This document shows, in pieces, positions 16,801-27,300 of a stretch of 32,000 nt of DNA. Every line of letters starts with the position of its first letter. Position 1 is the first letter of the stretch. A program made the position numbers and the translations under genes. Below the pieces are notes generated by a model. It had not been told where the DNA came from, did no database searches, and saw only the letters and a list, made by a program, of their open reading frames with translations. The DNA is from a bacterium. GTDB lineage: Bacteria; UBP7; UBA6624; JBBIMK01. The stretch lies in NCBI GenBank assembly GCA_037444445.1, contig JBBIMK010000004.1:30001-62000 (forward strand), written 5' to 3'.

Positions 16801-17234
16801 TTCCTTCCTCCCGTGGGCAAAGAAAAGCGCTGGACGATTCGGCAAGGAACGGAGAGTTTCTGGATGGCGTGCTGAAGGATAGGAATCATGGTGGAAGGGG
16901 AAGTGCCTGCGGTTTCAAAAAGGATGCGCCCGGGTTTCACCACAGCAACCCAGTGGTCTGTATCCCCTTTTCCTTTTCCCATTCGGGTTTCTGCAGGCTT
17001 CTTGCTCACCGGTTTATCCGGGAAAATGCGAACCCAGACTTTTCCACCTCTACCCAGATTTTTCGTGAGGACCACCCGGACCGCTTCAATTTGAGCGGCG
17101 GAAACCCAGGCAGGCCCCAGAGCCTGGATACCCAGGTCGCCGAAAACCAAAAAATTCCCCCGGGTGGCTTTCCCTTTACGAGTGCCTCTGTGCTGGGTCA
17201 GAAATTTCGTCCTACGCGGTTGCTGGAGCGGCAC
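16797..17234 (-). CDS. rplP: 50S ribosomal protein L16
   Basis: It has a GTG start and contains PRRTKFLTQHRGTRKGKATRGN and KPGRILFE. It overlaps the rpsC 3' end by 23 nt. Confidence 0.94.
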   Translation of the reverse strand: MPLQQPRRTKFLTQHRGTRKGKATRGNFLVFGDLGIQALGPAWVSAAQIEAVRVVLTKNLGRGGKVWVRIFPDKPVSKKPAETRMGKGKGDTDHWVAVVKPGRILFETAGTSPSTMIPILQHAIQKLSVPCRIVQRFSLPTGGRK

Positions 17235-17907
17235 TTTCTCCTTCCTCCTTCAGCGGGGAAAAGATGGAATCCGGCTTCAAGTCGCCTTTATATAGCCACA
17301 CCTTAACCCCTATCATGCCATATTTGGTCAGGGCTTTTGAGGCGCCATAGTCAATCAGGGACCGGAGGACATTCCGGGGGACGCGACCTTTTTGATACCA
17401 TTCTTTCCGGGCGATTTCTGCGCCTGCGAGCCGTCCTTTGCATTCCACACGAATCCCCTGAACTCCCTTCTCCAGAGCCAGGTCAATGGCGCGCTTCATC
17501 GCTCGTCGGAAGTGAACTTTCTTCAACAACTGGTTGACGATATTGTCGGCAATAATTTGCGCCGAAAGGTCTGGCTCGGCTACTTCATACACCTTCAGGG
17601 AGACTTTCTCCTCTCCTTTCAGAATCGTTGTTAATTTTTTCGTGAGGGAGTTAATCATTTCGCCCTTCTTACCAATCACGATACCGGGCCTGGCTGTGCG
17701 AATAATGACCTCCACCAGGCCCGGGGCGGGGCGGATGATGTTCACCCCCTCCACAGCCGCACTCCCGAGAAGCTGCTGGATAGTCTGCCGTATCTTTAAG
17801 TCCCTGACCAGCAGGGTGGAATAATCTTTTTTTCGGGCATACCACGAAGCGTTCCAGGTGTAGTGAACGCCCATTCTGAAGGCAAAGGGATTAACTTTCT
17901 GCCCCAT
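17212..17907 (-). CDS. rpsC: 30S ribosomal protein S3
   Basis: N-terminus is [24 protein letters not shown], followed by a KH domain. Confidence 0.96.
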   Translation of the reverse strand: MGQKVNPFAFRMGVHYTWNASWYARKKDYSTLLVRDLKIRQTIQQLLGSAAVEGVNIIRPAPGLVEVIIRTARPGIVIGKKGEMINSLTKKLTTILKGEEKVSLKVYEVAEPDLSAQIIADNIVNQLLKKVHFRRAMKRAIDLALEKGVQGIRVECKGRLAGAEIARKEWYQKGRVPRNVLRSLIDYGASKALTKYGMIGVKVWLYKGDLKPDSIFSPLKEEGESAAPATA

Positions 17908-18247
17908 GAGTTTCCTCTCTGGATTGCAGGACGACCCGAAGAGTGGAGGTGGGTCGCTTGATTAAGAAAGCCCGACCCCGTGCCCGGGGATGAACCCGAC
18001 GAAAATGTATCCCTTTTCCCACATCCACACGCTCAACCCACATCTCTTCCCGGGAGCGGTCAAAGTTGTTCATGGCATTCGCCAGAGCAGAAGCCACAAG
18101 TTTCCGGAGGATGCGAGCAGGCTTGTTAGGTAAGTAGGAGAGAATGTCCAGGGCATCTGTGGCCATTTTACCCCGAATTAAAACAGCCACCCGTAAGGCT
18201 TTCCGGGGGGAAATTCGCACATCTGCTACCTTCGCATGAACTTTCAT
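17891..18247 (-). CDS. rplV: 50S ribosomal protein L22
   Basis: It contains [27 protein letters not shown] overlap with the rpsS stop. Confidence 0.95.
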   Translation of the reverse strand: MKVHAKVADVRISPRKALRVAVLIRGKMATDALDILSYLPNKPARILRKLVASALANAMNNFDRSREEMWVERVDVGKGIHFRRVHPRARGRAFLIKRPTSTLRVVLQSREETHGAES

Positions 18248-18624
18248 TTCTTCTCACCGGAGGCTGGAGGTGGTGATGGGGAAGGGGGTGGAGCAGGTGT
18301 GGGCGTGGGGGCGGCTGCGGCGGCTGCGGCAGCTTCTTCTTCCGCCTTCGTCACACCCTTGCCCCGATGACCACGAAATATTCGGGTGGCTGAAAATTCA
18401 CCCAGTTTGTGCCCCACCATCGCTTCTGTCACGAAAACGGGAAGGTGCTTACGCCCATTATATACCAGGAAAGTCATCCCAATCATATCCGGGGTGATAG
18501 TGGAACGTCGGGACCAGGTTTTGATGGGTTTTTTTTCACCCTGCTCCAGCATTTGTTTGACTCGCTTAAAGAGCGATAAATCCACAAAAGGTCCTTTTTT
18601 GGAAGAGCGTCCTATCGCATCCAC
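18244..18624 (-). CDS. rpsS: 30S ribosomal protein S19 with a 33-aa Ala/Pro-rich C-terminal tail
   Basis: It contains [44 protein letters not shown]. The start is ambiguous: either GTG 18624 embedded in the SD, or ATA 18615. Confidence 0.9.
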   Translation of the reverse strand: MDAIGRSSKKGPFVDLSLFKRVKQMLEQGEKKPIKTWSRRSTITPDMIGMTFLVYNGRKHLPVFVTEAMVGHKLGEFSATRIFRGHRGKGVTKAEEEAAAAAAAAPTPTPAPPPSPSPPPASGEKK

Positions 18625-18627
18625 CTC

Positions 18628-19464
18628 CTAAAGTTTTTTTCTTTTTCTTTTCTGAACAATCAGGCGGTTGGACGGTTTATCATATTTGCGGGTTTTCCGT
18701 CCCTTGGTGCACCATCCCCACGGGCTTCTGGGGTGTCGCCCTTTGGTTTTACCCTCTCCACCGCCGTGGGGGTGGTCTACGGGGTTCATAACCGTGCCAC
18801 GAACTGTGGGGCGAATCCCCAGCCAGCGTTTTCTGCCCGCTTTCCCGAGAACAATGTTGGAATGCTCTTCGTTACCCACTGAGCCAACCGTCGCCCGGCA
18901 TTCTGCTAACACTTTCCGAATTTCTCCGGACGGCAAACGGAGGAGGACATAGGGATGCTCACGAGCCAGGATTTGAGCGGAAGCCCCGGCGGAACGAGCC
19001 AGTTGCCCCCCCTTGCCCGGGGAGAGTTCAATGTTATAGACAAAACTGCCCACGGGGATCCACTTCAGTGCCAGCGTATTCCCAATTAGAATAGGAGAAT
19101 CCTCACCGGACAGGATGCGCATTCCGGGTTTTAAGCCTTTGGGAGCCAGGACATACCGCCAGTCTCCATCGGCATACTTCAGAAGTGCCAGTGCAGCGGA
19201 GCGATTGGGGTCGTACTGGATGGAATGAACGACAGCGGGGACGCCATCCTTGGAGCATCGGAAGTCTACTTTTCGGTAGAGGTGTTTATTTCCGCCGCCC
19301 CGGTGGCGGATGGTGATATGCCCCTGAGCATTTCGCCCTCCCTTGGACGGTCGGGGAATGAGGAGAGATTTGGGGGGCTTTGCCCCCGGAGTAAGGTCGG
19401 AAAAATCCGAGGTCTGTATAAATCGTCGCGAGGGGGTGTAAGGCTTAAATTTCTTGATTCCCAT
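18628..19464 (-). CDS. rplB: 50S ribosomal protein L2
   Basis: ATG 19464, after AAGGTGCAGG, gives [14 protein letters not shown]. It also contains [14 protein letters not shown]. The ORF-track start at 19488 was rejected. Confidence 0.96.
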   Translation of the reverse strand: MGIKKFKPYTPSRRFIQTSDFSDLTPGAKPPKSLLIPRPSKGGRNAQGHITIRHRGGGNKHLYRKVDFRCSKDGVPAVVHSIQYDPNRSAALALLKYADGDWRYVLAPKGLKPGMRILSGEDSPILIGNTLALKWIPVGSFVYNIELSPGKGGQLARSAGASAQILAREHPYVLLRLPSGEIRKVLAECRATVGSVGNEEHSNIVLGKAGRKRWLGIRPTVRGTVMNPVDHPHGGGEGKTKGRHPRSPWGWCTKGRKTRKYDKPSNRLIVQKRKRKKL

Positions 19465-19474
19465 CCTGCACCTT

Positions 19475-19780
19475 CTATCCGGGTTCAAAGAAATTCGGCA
19501 AAGTGAAACCCTTCTTCAGTTTCACATAGGCTTTTTTCCCGGCGGCCGACCTGCCAGCCACACGGCTTCGGCGAATATACCGTATGCGCCTCTTTCGGGG
19601 GATACGAACGCACCGAACCTGCTCCACCCGGACATTGAACAGGGATTCTATCGCCTTCTTGATAGCAATTTTGCCCGCATCCTCTGCAACCCGGAAAGTG
19701 TAAATTCCCTCTTCCGAGAGGGTCATACCTTTCTCACTGACTACCGGGCGAATCAAAATGGATTCTGGCGCACGATTCAT
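19475..19780 (-). CDS. rplW: 50S ribosomal protein L23
   Basis: ATG 19780 overlaps the rplD stop (ATGA), with SD GGAGGAGGTG 8 nt upstream. It contains [11 protein letters not shown]. Confidence 0.93.
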   Translation of the reverse strand: MNRAPESILIRPVVSEKGMTLSEEGIYTFRVAEDAGKIAIKKAIESLFNVRVEQVRCVRIPRKRRIRYIRRSRVAGRSAAGKKAYVKLKKGFTLPNFFEPG

Positions 19781-20412
19781 TTTTTCCACACCTCCTCCAG
19801 AGCATCTAAAGCGGATTCAGTGAAGATGAGGTAGTCCGAATGAAGGAGGTCTAACAGGTAAAGGCGATGCGGGGAAGTGAAAGAAACACCGGGGACATTA
19901 CGGATAGAGCGGAGGAAGGAGGAGTCACGAGCGGGGGTAACAAAGAGGACCCGGCGACCGGCTACACCTAAGGTTTTGAGGAAAGAATAAGCATTCTGGG
20001 TGTTGGGTTTCGGGTAATCAAAATCCTGCAGGCAGAGGATTTGATGATTACGGAGCAATTGGGAGAGGACGATGAAATAAGCCTTTCGGCGCATTTTCTT
20101 ATTCAGGCGGAGGATACGGCGAGCGCCGGGGCGAGGTCCAAAGACGACCCCTCCACCCACCCACTGAGGTGCCTGAAAACTGCCCTGCCGAGCTCTGCCA
20201 GTGCCCTTCTGGCGCCAGGGTTTCCGCCCTGTTCCCTTCACCTCTCCCCGGGTCTTCGTGTGCCCGGAAGAGGGCTGGGAATTCCACCAGTAATACCGCA
20301 CTGCCTGGCTCACCAGAGGGTAGGATACAGGGACATCAAATATCTTCTCCGATAGGGGACGCAGACGAACCTCTGCACCATCGGAGTTTCTTACAGGGAT
20401 CTCCAAGCCCAT
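19777..20412 (-). CDS. rplD: 50S ribosomal protein L4
   Basis: ATG 20412 (TAATG junction with rplC) gives MGLEIPVRNSDGAEV. It also contains GTGRKPWRQKGTGRARQGS. The 60-codon upstream extension in the ORF track overlaps rplC and was rejected. Confidence 0.95.
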   Translation of the reverse strand: MGLEIPVRNSDGAEVRLRPLSEKIFDVPVSYPLVSQAVRYYWWNSQPSSGHTKTRGEVKGTGRKPWRQKGTGRARQGSFQAPQWVGGGVVFGPRPGARRILRLNKKMRRKAYFIVLSQLLRNHQILCLQDFDYPKPNTQNAYSFLKTLGVAGRRVLFVTPARDSSFLRSIRNVPGVSFTSPHRLYLLDLLHSDYLIFTESALDALEEVWKK

Positions 20413-21035
20413 TATGAACCAAACCCCCTGGCGGGACGAATCCACACGATTTCGCCCGGTGGCCCGGCAATGGAACCCTTCACTAACAGGCGATTTTCCT
20501 CCACTTGCATCACGAGGAGGTTCTTGAGGGTCACCTTCCGGTGCCCCATCCGGCCTGCCATTCGCTTCCCCTTGATGACCCGCTGGGGCCATCGGCAGCC
20601 AATGCTCTGGGGCCGGCGATGAACCACACTGGTGCCGTGGGAATCTTTCCCACCCCGGAAATGATACTTCTTGACCACGCCTGTGAAACCTTTTCCTCGT
20701 GATATCCCTGTCACATCCACCCGGTCCCCCGGCTTCACATCCATACGGAGTAAATCCCCTACCTTCAGGGTGGGTGGAGCATCCAGCCGAAATTCCTTAA
20801 AGTGTCTATAAGTGACGCCTGCCTCCCGACAATGCCCTTGAATGGCTCTGGATACTTTTTCCTTCGCCACCTCTTCATACCCTACCTGAATCGCAAAATA
20901 TCCATCTTTCTCCGGGGACTTACATTGAACCACGCGGGAAGGAAGGAGGCGAATCGCGGTGGCTGGGCAGGGAACCCCCTCGGGAGTGAAGAAGGTTATC
21001 ATCTTCTCTTTACGACCGACAAGACCTATGTTCAT
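20412..21035 (-). CDS. rplC: 50S ribosomal protein L3
   Basis: It contains GLVGRKEKMITFFTPEG and GKGFTGVVKKYHFRGG. Confidence 0.96.
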   Translation of the reverse strand: MNIGLVGRKEKMITFFTPEGVPCPATAIRLLPSRVVQCKSPEKDGYFAIQVGYEEVAKEKVSRAIQGHCREAGVTYRHFKEFRLDAPPTLKVGDLLRMDVKPGDRVDVTGISRGKGFTGVVKKYHFRGGKDSHGTSVVHRRPQSIGCRWPQRVIKGKRMAGRMGHRKVTLKNLLVMQVEENRLLVKGSIAGPPGEIVWIRPARGFGS

Positions 21036-21044
21036 AGCGATTCC

Positions 21045-21350
21045 TCAACGCTTGATTTCTATGGTCACCCCGGCGGGGATTTTCAATTCGGTGAGGGAGT
21101 TTATCACCTCCTGGGAAGGGTCGTAGATATCGATTAAACGCTTGTGGGTGCGAATTTCGAACTGTTCTCGGGCATTTTTGTCAATGACCGGGGAAGTGAG
21201 AACCGTGAAAAGGCGTTTATGGACGGGGAGAGGGACAGGGCCAGAAACACGGGCTCCGGAGCGACGAGCGGCATCTACGATTTTTCGCGCCGATTCGTCC
21301 AGAATCCGATGGTCAAAAGATTCAAGTTTTATGCGAATTCGCTGGGGCAT
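21045..21350 (-). CDS. rpsJ: 30S ribosomal protein S10
   Basis: It contains [31 protein letters not shown]. Confidence 0.97.
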   Translation of the reverse strand: MPQRIRIKLESFDHRILDESARKIVDAARRSGARVSGPVPLPVHKRLFTVLTSPVIDKNAREQFEIRTHKRLIDIYDPSQEVINSLTELKIPAGVTIEIKR

Positions 21351-21356
21351 TCATCA

Positions 21357-23423
21357 TCACCTGGAACCGACGAGTTCAGTCATCTGGCGCTCCGGAACCG
21401 GTTCATAACGGTAGAACTCCATGGTGAAGGTTCCTCTCCCCTGGGTGATGTTGCGGAGGCGTGTGGCGTAGCCGAACATTTCACTGAGAGGAACCAGGGC
21501 TTGCACGACTTGCAATCCATCGGAATAAATCTGAAGATTCGTCACCTGTCCCCGGCGGCTCTGGAGGTCATCCAGGACGGTTCCGAGGAAGCCGGGAGGA
21601 GCCACCGCTTCCACTTTCATCAAGGGCTCCAGGAGGACAGGCTTTGCCCGCCGGACGGCATCCCGGAGGGCCATACTTCCAGCAATTTTGAAGGCGATGT
21701 CAGAGGAATCCACCTCATGATAAGAGCCATCAAGGAGGATGGCCCGGATACCGACCAGAGGATAGCCCGAGACGCTTCCGGAGGACAGGGCTTCCCGGAC
21801 ACCCATTTCCACCGCTGGAATGAATTCTGCCGGGATGCGCCCGCCTTTAATCTGATTGACAAATTCAAACTTCTTTTCAGGCGGAATGGGTTCAAATCGC
21901 ATTTTCACATGACCATACTGGCCGCGACCTCCCGATTGGCGAATGTATTTTCCCTCCTGTTCCACCGGAATGGTGATAATTTCTTTATATGCCACTTCCG
22001 GTTTTCCAACCCGGGCACCCACGCCGAATTCCCGCTGGAGTCTTGAGGTGATGATTTCCAGATGAAGTTCTCCCATTCCGGAGATAATCGTCTGGGCCGT
22101 TTCCTCATCGTAATGAACGCGAAAGGTGGGGTCTTCTTCAGAGATTTTTTTGAGGGCTGCGGCCAGTTTATCCTGTTCCTGCTGGGAGTGGGGTTCAATG
22201 GTGACGGAGATAACGGTTTCAGGAACAAAAATCGTCTCCAGAATGATGGGATGGTGTTCGTGGGAGAGGGTGTCGCCTGTGAAGGTGCGTTTGAGCCCCA
22301 CGACAGCCCCCAGTTCACCCGTCCGGAGGATTTCAATTTCTTCGCGATAATTTGCGTGCATTCGGAGGAGGCGTCCAATTCGCTCCCGTTCTCCCCGGGT
22401 GGCATTTAATACTAACTCTCCCGTTTTCAAGGTTCCCGAATAAACCCGGACATACACCAGTCTGCCCACGAAGGGGTCTGTGACGACCTTGAAGGCTAAG
22501 ACAGTTAAGGGGTCATCCAAAGAAGCCCGCCGATGCAAGACCTCTCGGGTTTTCGGGTGCCATCCTTTTACGGGCGGTAGGTCCAGGGGGGAGGGTAGAA
22601 AGTCCAGCACGCCGTCCAGTAAAAAAGGAATTCCCTTATTTTTCAGGGCGGACCCACAGTAGGCAGGAACCAATTGAAAGGCGAGGGTGCCTTTCCGAAC
22701 CGCCTGGCGGATTTCTTCCGACTGAAGTGGTTTGCCCTCCAGATATTTCATTGCGATGGAATCGTCTACATCGGCGCAGGCTTCTTCCAGGAGGCGTCGG
22801 TGCTCTTCCACCAGCGCCCGGAGTGAAGGAGGGATTTCACCCGGAGTCGGGGGTTCATCCGGGTCATCAGAGAAGAAGAAAGCCTGTAAGGAGAGGAGGT
22901 CCACCACACCGAGGAAGGAGGCTTCGGAGCCGATAGGGACTTGCATGGGCACGAAACGGGCGTGGAGTTTCTCCATCCCTTGCCGGATCACGGCGAAGAA
23001 GTCAGCACCCACCCGGTCCATCTTATTCACGAATGCAATCCGGGGCACCCGATAGCGGTCTGCCTGGCGCCAGACCGTTTCCGACTGGGGCTGAACGCCC
23101 TCCACCGCACTAAAAACCACCACGACTCCATCCAGCACCCGCATGGAACGCTCCACTTCCATCGTGAAATCCACATGACCCGGGGTGTCAATGATATTGA
23201 TATTATGGTCTTTCCAGGTGCAGTAGGTGGCGGCGGAAGTAATCGTAATGCCCCGTTCCTTTTCTAACTCCATCCAGTCCATGGTGGCCGTTCCTTCGTC
23301 TACCTCACCGATTTTATAAATCCGACCGGTGTGAAAGAGAATGGCCTCGGTGGTGGTGGTTTTGCCTGCATCCACATGAGCAGCGATTCCGATGTTCCGG
23401 ATGTGATTCAGAAGGTAATCCAT
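21357..23423 (-). CDS. fusA: Elongation factor G
   Basis: 688 aa. GTPase motifs are AHVDAGKTT (G1), DTPGHVDF (G3) and NKMD (G4). It sits in the rpsG-fusA slot. Confidence 0.97.
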   Translation of the reverse strand: MDYLLNHIRNIGIAAHVDAGKTTTTEAILFHTGRIYKIGEVDEGTATMDWMELEKERGITITSAATYCTWKDHNINIIDTPGHVDFTMEVERSMRVLDGVVVVFSAVEGVQPQSETVWRQADRYRVPRIAFVNKMDRVGADFFAVIRQGMEKLHARFVPMQVPIGSEASFLGVVDLLSLQAFFFSDDPDEPPTPGEIPPSLRALVEEHRRLLEEACADVDDSIAMKYLEGKPLQSEEIRQAVRKGTLAFQLVPAYCGSALKNKGIPFLLDGVLDFLPSPLDLPPVKGWHPKTREVLHRRASLDDPLTVLAFKVVTDPFVGRLVYVRVYSGTLKTGELVLNATRGERERIGRLLRMHANYREEIEILRTGELGAVVGLKRTFTGDTLSHEHHPIILETIFVPETVISVTIEPHSQQEQDKLAAALKKISEEDPTFRVHYDEETAQTIISGMGELHLEIITSRLQREFGVGARVGKPEVAYKEIITIPVEQEGKYIRQSGGRGQYGHVKMRFEPIPPEKKFEFVNQIKGGRIPAEFIPAVEMGVREALSSGSVSGYPLVGIRAILLDGSYHEVDSSDIAFKIAGSMALRDAVRRAKPVLLEPLMKVEAVAPPGFLGTVLDDLQSRRGQVTNLQIYSDGLQVVQALVPLSEMFGYATRLRNITQGRGTFTMEFYRYEPVPERQMTELVGSR

Positions 23424-23426
23424 AGT

Positions 23427-23897
23427 TTACCACCGATAATGAGCGAAGGCCCGGTTCGCTTCGGCCATGCGGTGAACATCTTGCTTCTTTTTCACGGCGC
23501 CACCGGTGCCGTTGGCGGCATCCTGAATTTCATCAGCGAGTTTTTCCACCATGCTCTTGCCCTTACGGGCCTTTGCATATTCCTTAATCCAGCGGAGGGC
23601 AAGCATCAACGCCCTTTCTGGGCGGACTTCCTGGGGGATTTGATAGTTCGCACCCCCCACCCGACGGGAACGAACTTCTAATTGAGGAGACACTTGCTGA
23701 ATAGCCTGACGGAAGATTTCCAGAGGATTCTTATGGGTTCTCTGCTCCAGTAAAGTGAAGGCACCATACAGGATGCGCTGGGCTTTGCTTTTTTTCCCTT
23801 TCTGCATGAGTTTATTAATCATTCTTGCGACTTCTATGGACTGGAATCGGGTGTCAGGCAAAACAACTCTTCTTTCCACTGAACCGCGTCTGGGCAT
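23427..23897 (-). CDS. rpsG: 30S ribosomal protein S7
   Basis: It starts [15 protein letters not shown] and ends [13 protein letters not shown]. Confidence 0.97.
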   Translation of the reverse strand: MPRRGSVERRVVLPDTRFQSIEVARMINKLMQKGKKSKAQRILYGAFTLLEQRTHKNPLEIFRQAIQQVSPQLEVRSRRVGGANYQIPQEVRPERALMLALRWIKEYAKARKGKSMVEKLADEIQDAANGTGGAVKKKQDVHRMAEANRAFAHYRW

Positions 23898-23913
23898 AAT
23901 ACCTTACCTCCGG

Positions 23914-24285
23914 CTACTTGGGCTTGGGAGCGCCGTATTTGGAGCGACTGCGACGGCGGGCTTCTACACCCCCGGCATCATAACTCCCGCGAATGACCTT
24001 GTATCGGATGCCAGGCAAATCCTTCACGCGTCCTCCCCGGACCAGGACGATGTGATGCTCCTGGAGATTGTGCCCGATTCCAGGGATATAAGCGGTGACC
24101 TCCGCACCGTTGGTCAAACGAACGCGTGCCACTTTCCGCAGTGCCGAGTTGGGCTTTTTCGGAGTTACCGTAAAAGTACGAAGAACCACCCCTTTCTTCT
24201 GTGGATTCCCCCCTAATGCAGGGGTCTTGGCCTTTGGTGAGAGCGACTTCCGGCCGTAGCGAACCAGTTGATTTAAGGTTGGCAT
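23914..24285 (-). CDS. rpsL: 30S ribosomal protein S12
   Basis: It starts [12 protein letters not shown] and contains [18 protein letters not shown] and [12 protein letters not shown]. Confidence 0.97.
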   Translation of the reverse strand: MPTLNQLVRYGRKSLSPKAKTPALGGNPQKKGVVLRTFTVTPKKPNSALRKVARVRLTNGAEVTAYIPGIGHNLQEHHIVLVRGGRVKDLPGIRYKVIRGSYDAGGVEARRRSRSKYGAPKPK

Positions 24286-24330
24286 TTTTTTCTCTTCCTT
24301 GCTCCTTGCAAAATTATAGTATACATAATT

Positions 24331-27300
24331 TTAGTCCCTGGAGTCAAGAGTGACGGGAACTTTTTGAGGTTTTTCTGCGCCCGCCAATCGGGGGGAGGAA
24401 GGTGTCAGGTAATTCAGGGCTTTGAAGAGGGGAAAGCCGGTGCCAGCCGGAATTTCTCTCCCCAGCACGATATTTTCCTTCAATCCAATGAGATAATCTT
24501 TCTTTCCCTCCAGGGCGGCTGCTGAAAGCACCCGAGCCGTTTCCTGAAAGGAGGCCGCAGAAATAAAACTGTCGGAGTTGATTGCAGATTTTTTCACGCC
24601 CAGAAGAGCCAGGCTCCCCGCAGCGGGCTCCTGGCCAGATTTCAGGAGTTGCTGATTCTTGCGCTGGAAGATGTATTTATTCACATAAGTATCTTCCAGG
24701 AACTCGCTGTCACCAGATTTGTGAACCCTGATGAACTTCAGCATCTGTCGGACGATGACCTCAAAGTGCTTGACATTCGTCGTAACTCCCTGGCTCCGAT
24801 AGACGCTTTGGAGCATATCAATCAGGTATTGCTGGGCAGGCTTGGGGCCCAGCAGAGATAAAATATCCAGGGGGTTCTTATACCCATCGGTGAGCGCATC
24901 ACCTGCTTTCACTTCCTGACCCTCCTGGACGGAAATAGTACGGGTGGGGGGAACTTCCAGATGAATCTCTTTACCCTCTCTGGTAAGGAGGGTGATGAGG
25001 GTGAGGGATTTATCGCCCGCTCGGATTTCATGGACGATGGCATCCACGGGAGATATGACTGCACCTTCCCGTCGGGGCTGGAACCGAGATTGATAGACTT
25101 CAAAGAACATCTCTGCCAGAGGAAGACCCTGGGTGATATCCTTGATAATGCCCCCTGCGATACCCCCCGTATGAAAAGTCCGGAGAGTGAGTTGAGTGCC
25201 GGGTTCACCGATAGCCTGTGCGGCGATGATGCCAATTGCCTCACCCACTTCCACGAGCCTGCCCGTGGCTAAATTGCGGCCATAACACAGAGCACAAATG
25301 CCGTAGGGCGACTCACAGGTCAGAGGAGAACGAACCCGGAACTTCTGAATTCCAAGCATTGGAGCCTTTTCTATCACGGCTTCATCAATTTCTGAGCCTG
25401 CGGTGAGGAGGGCTTCACCGGTTTCGGGGTCGTAGAGGGTATTCAGAGAAATTCTACCCAGGACGCGGTCCTGCAAGGTTTGCAGGGGTTCCTGACCCGG
25501 CTGTGAGGCAAAAGTCTCATACTCCATCCCATCAGGGGTATGGCAGTCTTCCTCGCAGATGAAGACTTCCTGCGCCAGGTCCACCAGGCGACGCGTCAAA
25601 TATCCAGACTTCGCCGTCCTTAGCGCGGTATCCGTGAGTCCCTTCCGCCCCCCGTGAGTGGAAATGAAATACTCATGAACCGACAATCCTTCCCGAAAAT
25701 TAGATTTAATGGGCATAGGGATAATCCTTCCGGAGGGGTCTGACATGAGGCCTCGCATTCCGGATAACTGGCGCAACTGGTCGGAAGAACCCCGAGAGCC
25801 GGAACGAACCATCATAAGCAGCGGGTTTCTGGGGTTCGGGTTGCTCTCCACCGCTTTCCCCACCGATTCCACGGCTCTGGACCAGATATCCTCAACCCTT
25901 TTCACCCAGGATTCGTGCTCCAGGTGTAGCCCCTGTTCTTCAAGTTTTTCCATCTCATGCTCAGCCCGCTGGACAATTTCCTTCTTCTCCTCCGGGATGT
26001 CCACATCCGTGAGAGCCAGGCTAATGCCGGCGCGGGTGGCGGCCATAAAGCCCAGTTCTTTCAAGTCATCCAACAACTGGATGGTCTCTGCTTCACCCAG
26101 GAGGTGGAAACATCGGGTCACCAGGTCTTTGGTGGAATTTTTATCCAGGGTCTGATTCACAAACCGGAGAGGTTCAGGCAAAATCAAGTTGAGAAGCACC
26201 CGCCCGGGAGTCGTTTGGATTGTGCAGTAGGGGGTGGGGCACAGACGAGGGTTGCGTACATATCGGGTGGGAATCCGAACCAGGATAGGTTCGTGAACTT
26301 TCACGTGTCCATTGGCGTAGGCTCGTTCTACGGATTCTAAGTCGGGGAATTTTTTCAGCGTTGAAGAGTCGTGAGGAATCTCCAGGGTCAGGTAATGACA
26401 CCCCAAAACCATGTCCTGAGTGGGGTTAGCGATGGGGGTGCCATCGGCAGGAAGAAGGATATTGTGAGAGGAGAGCATTAAGAGACGAGCTTCCACCTGG
26501 GCGCGGACGGAGAGAGGAACATGAACGGCCATCTGGTCGCCATCAAAGTCGGCGTTGAAAGCGGCACAGACCAGGGGATGAAGCAGGATAGCCTCGCCAT
26601 CCACGAGGATGGGCTCAAAAGCCTGAACACCCAGGCGGTGAAGGGTGGGAGCGCGGTTGAGGAGGACTACCCGACCCCGCATGGCTGCCTCCAGAGATTC
26701 CCAAACTCGGGCACTCTCCGTCGGCTTGATACTTTCTACCCGGTCAATCATCCTCTTGGCGGCTTTGATATTCTGGGCGTACCCCCGCTGAATTAACTCT
26801 TTCGTGATGAAGGGCTTGAAAAGTTCTAAGGCCATCATCCGAGGAATGCCCGCCTGATAAATCTTCAGATGGGGACCTACCACAATCACAGCACGCCCGG
26901 AATAGTCCACCCTTTTCCCCAGTAGATTCTGTCGGAATCGCCCTTGCTTACCCTTCAGGGTGTCAGCCAGAGATTTCAAGGGCCTCCCGGAGGAATCCAA
27001 CTGGGGTCGGGATTTTTTCGTATTGTCCAGAAGAGAATCCACAGCTTCCTGGAGGATGCGTTTCTCGTTGCGGATTATGGCTTCCGGTGCGTTGACTTTT
27101 ATCAGCCTCAGCAGGCGGTTGTTGCGTGTCACGACGAGGCGATACAACTCGTTCAGGTCTGATGTGGCGTGGCGACCTCCCTCTAACTGGACCATAGGGC
27201 GCAACTCGGGGGGTATGACGGGAATGTTCTGCAGGATCATCCATTCTGGACGATTGCCTGAGTTGAGGAGGGACTGGAGGAGATTGAGGCGGCGGGATTC

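Noticed and set aside
20413-20592. A long upstream extension of rplD (60 codons) in the ORF track. Similar extensions exist for rplB (19465-19488), rpsD (9365-9430), rplX (15972-16082), glmM (3640-3687), rpmC (16801-16845) and rplN (16342-16350).
   Set aside because: The extensions overlap the preceding conserved gene. Internal starts give textbook N-termini and sit at or next to the upstream stop, with SD sequences at proper spacing.
21144-22046. A 300-aa plus-strand ORF antisense to rpsJ and fusA.
   Set aside because: It lies entirely inside two strongly conserved minus-strand genes. It has no SD and a Gly/Arg/Ser-rich, motif-free composition typical of antisense frames of coding DNA.
24313-24347. 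A perfect TATAAT (24313-24318, minus strand) in the rpoC-rpsL spacer, with a TTGACT (24342-24347) upstream, considered as an rpsL promoter.
   Set aside because: The hexamers are 23 nt apart, too far for a sigma-70-type promoter. No TG-extended -10 element is present. It may still be a weak internal promoter, but the sequence alone does not support calling it.
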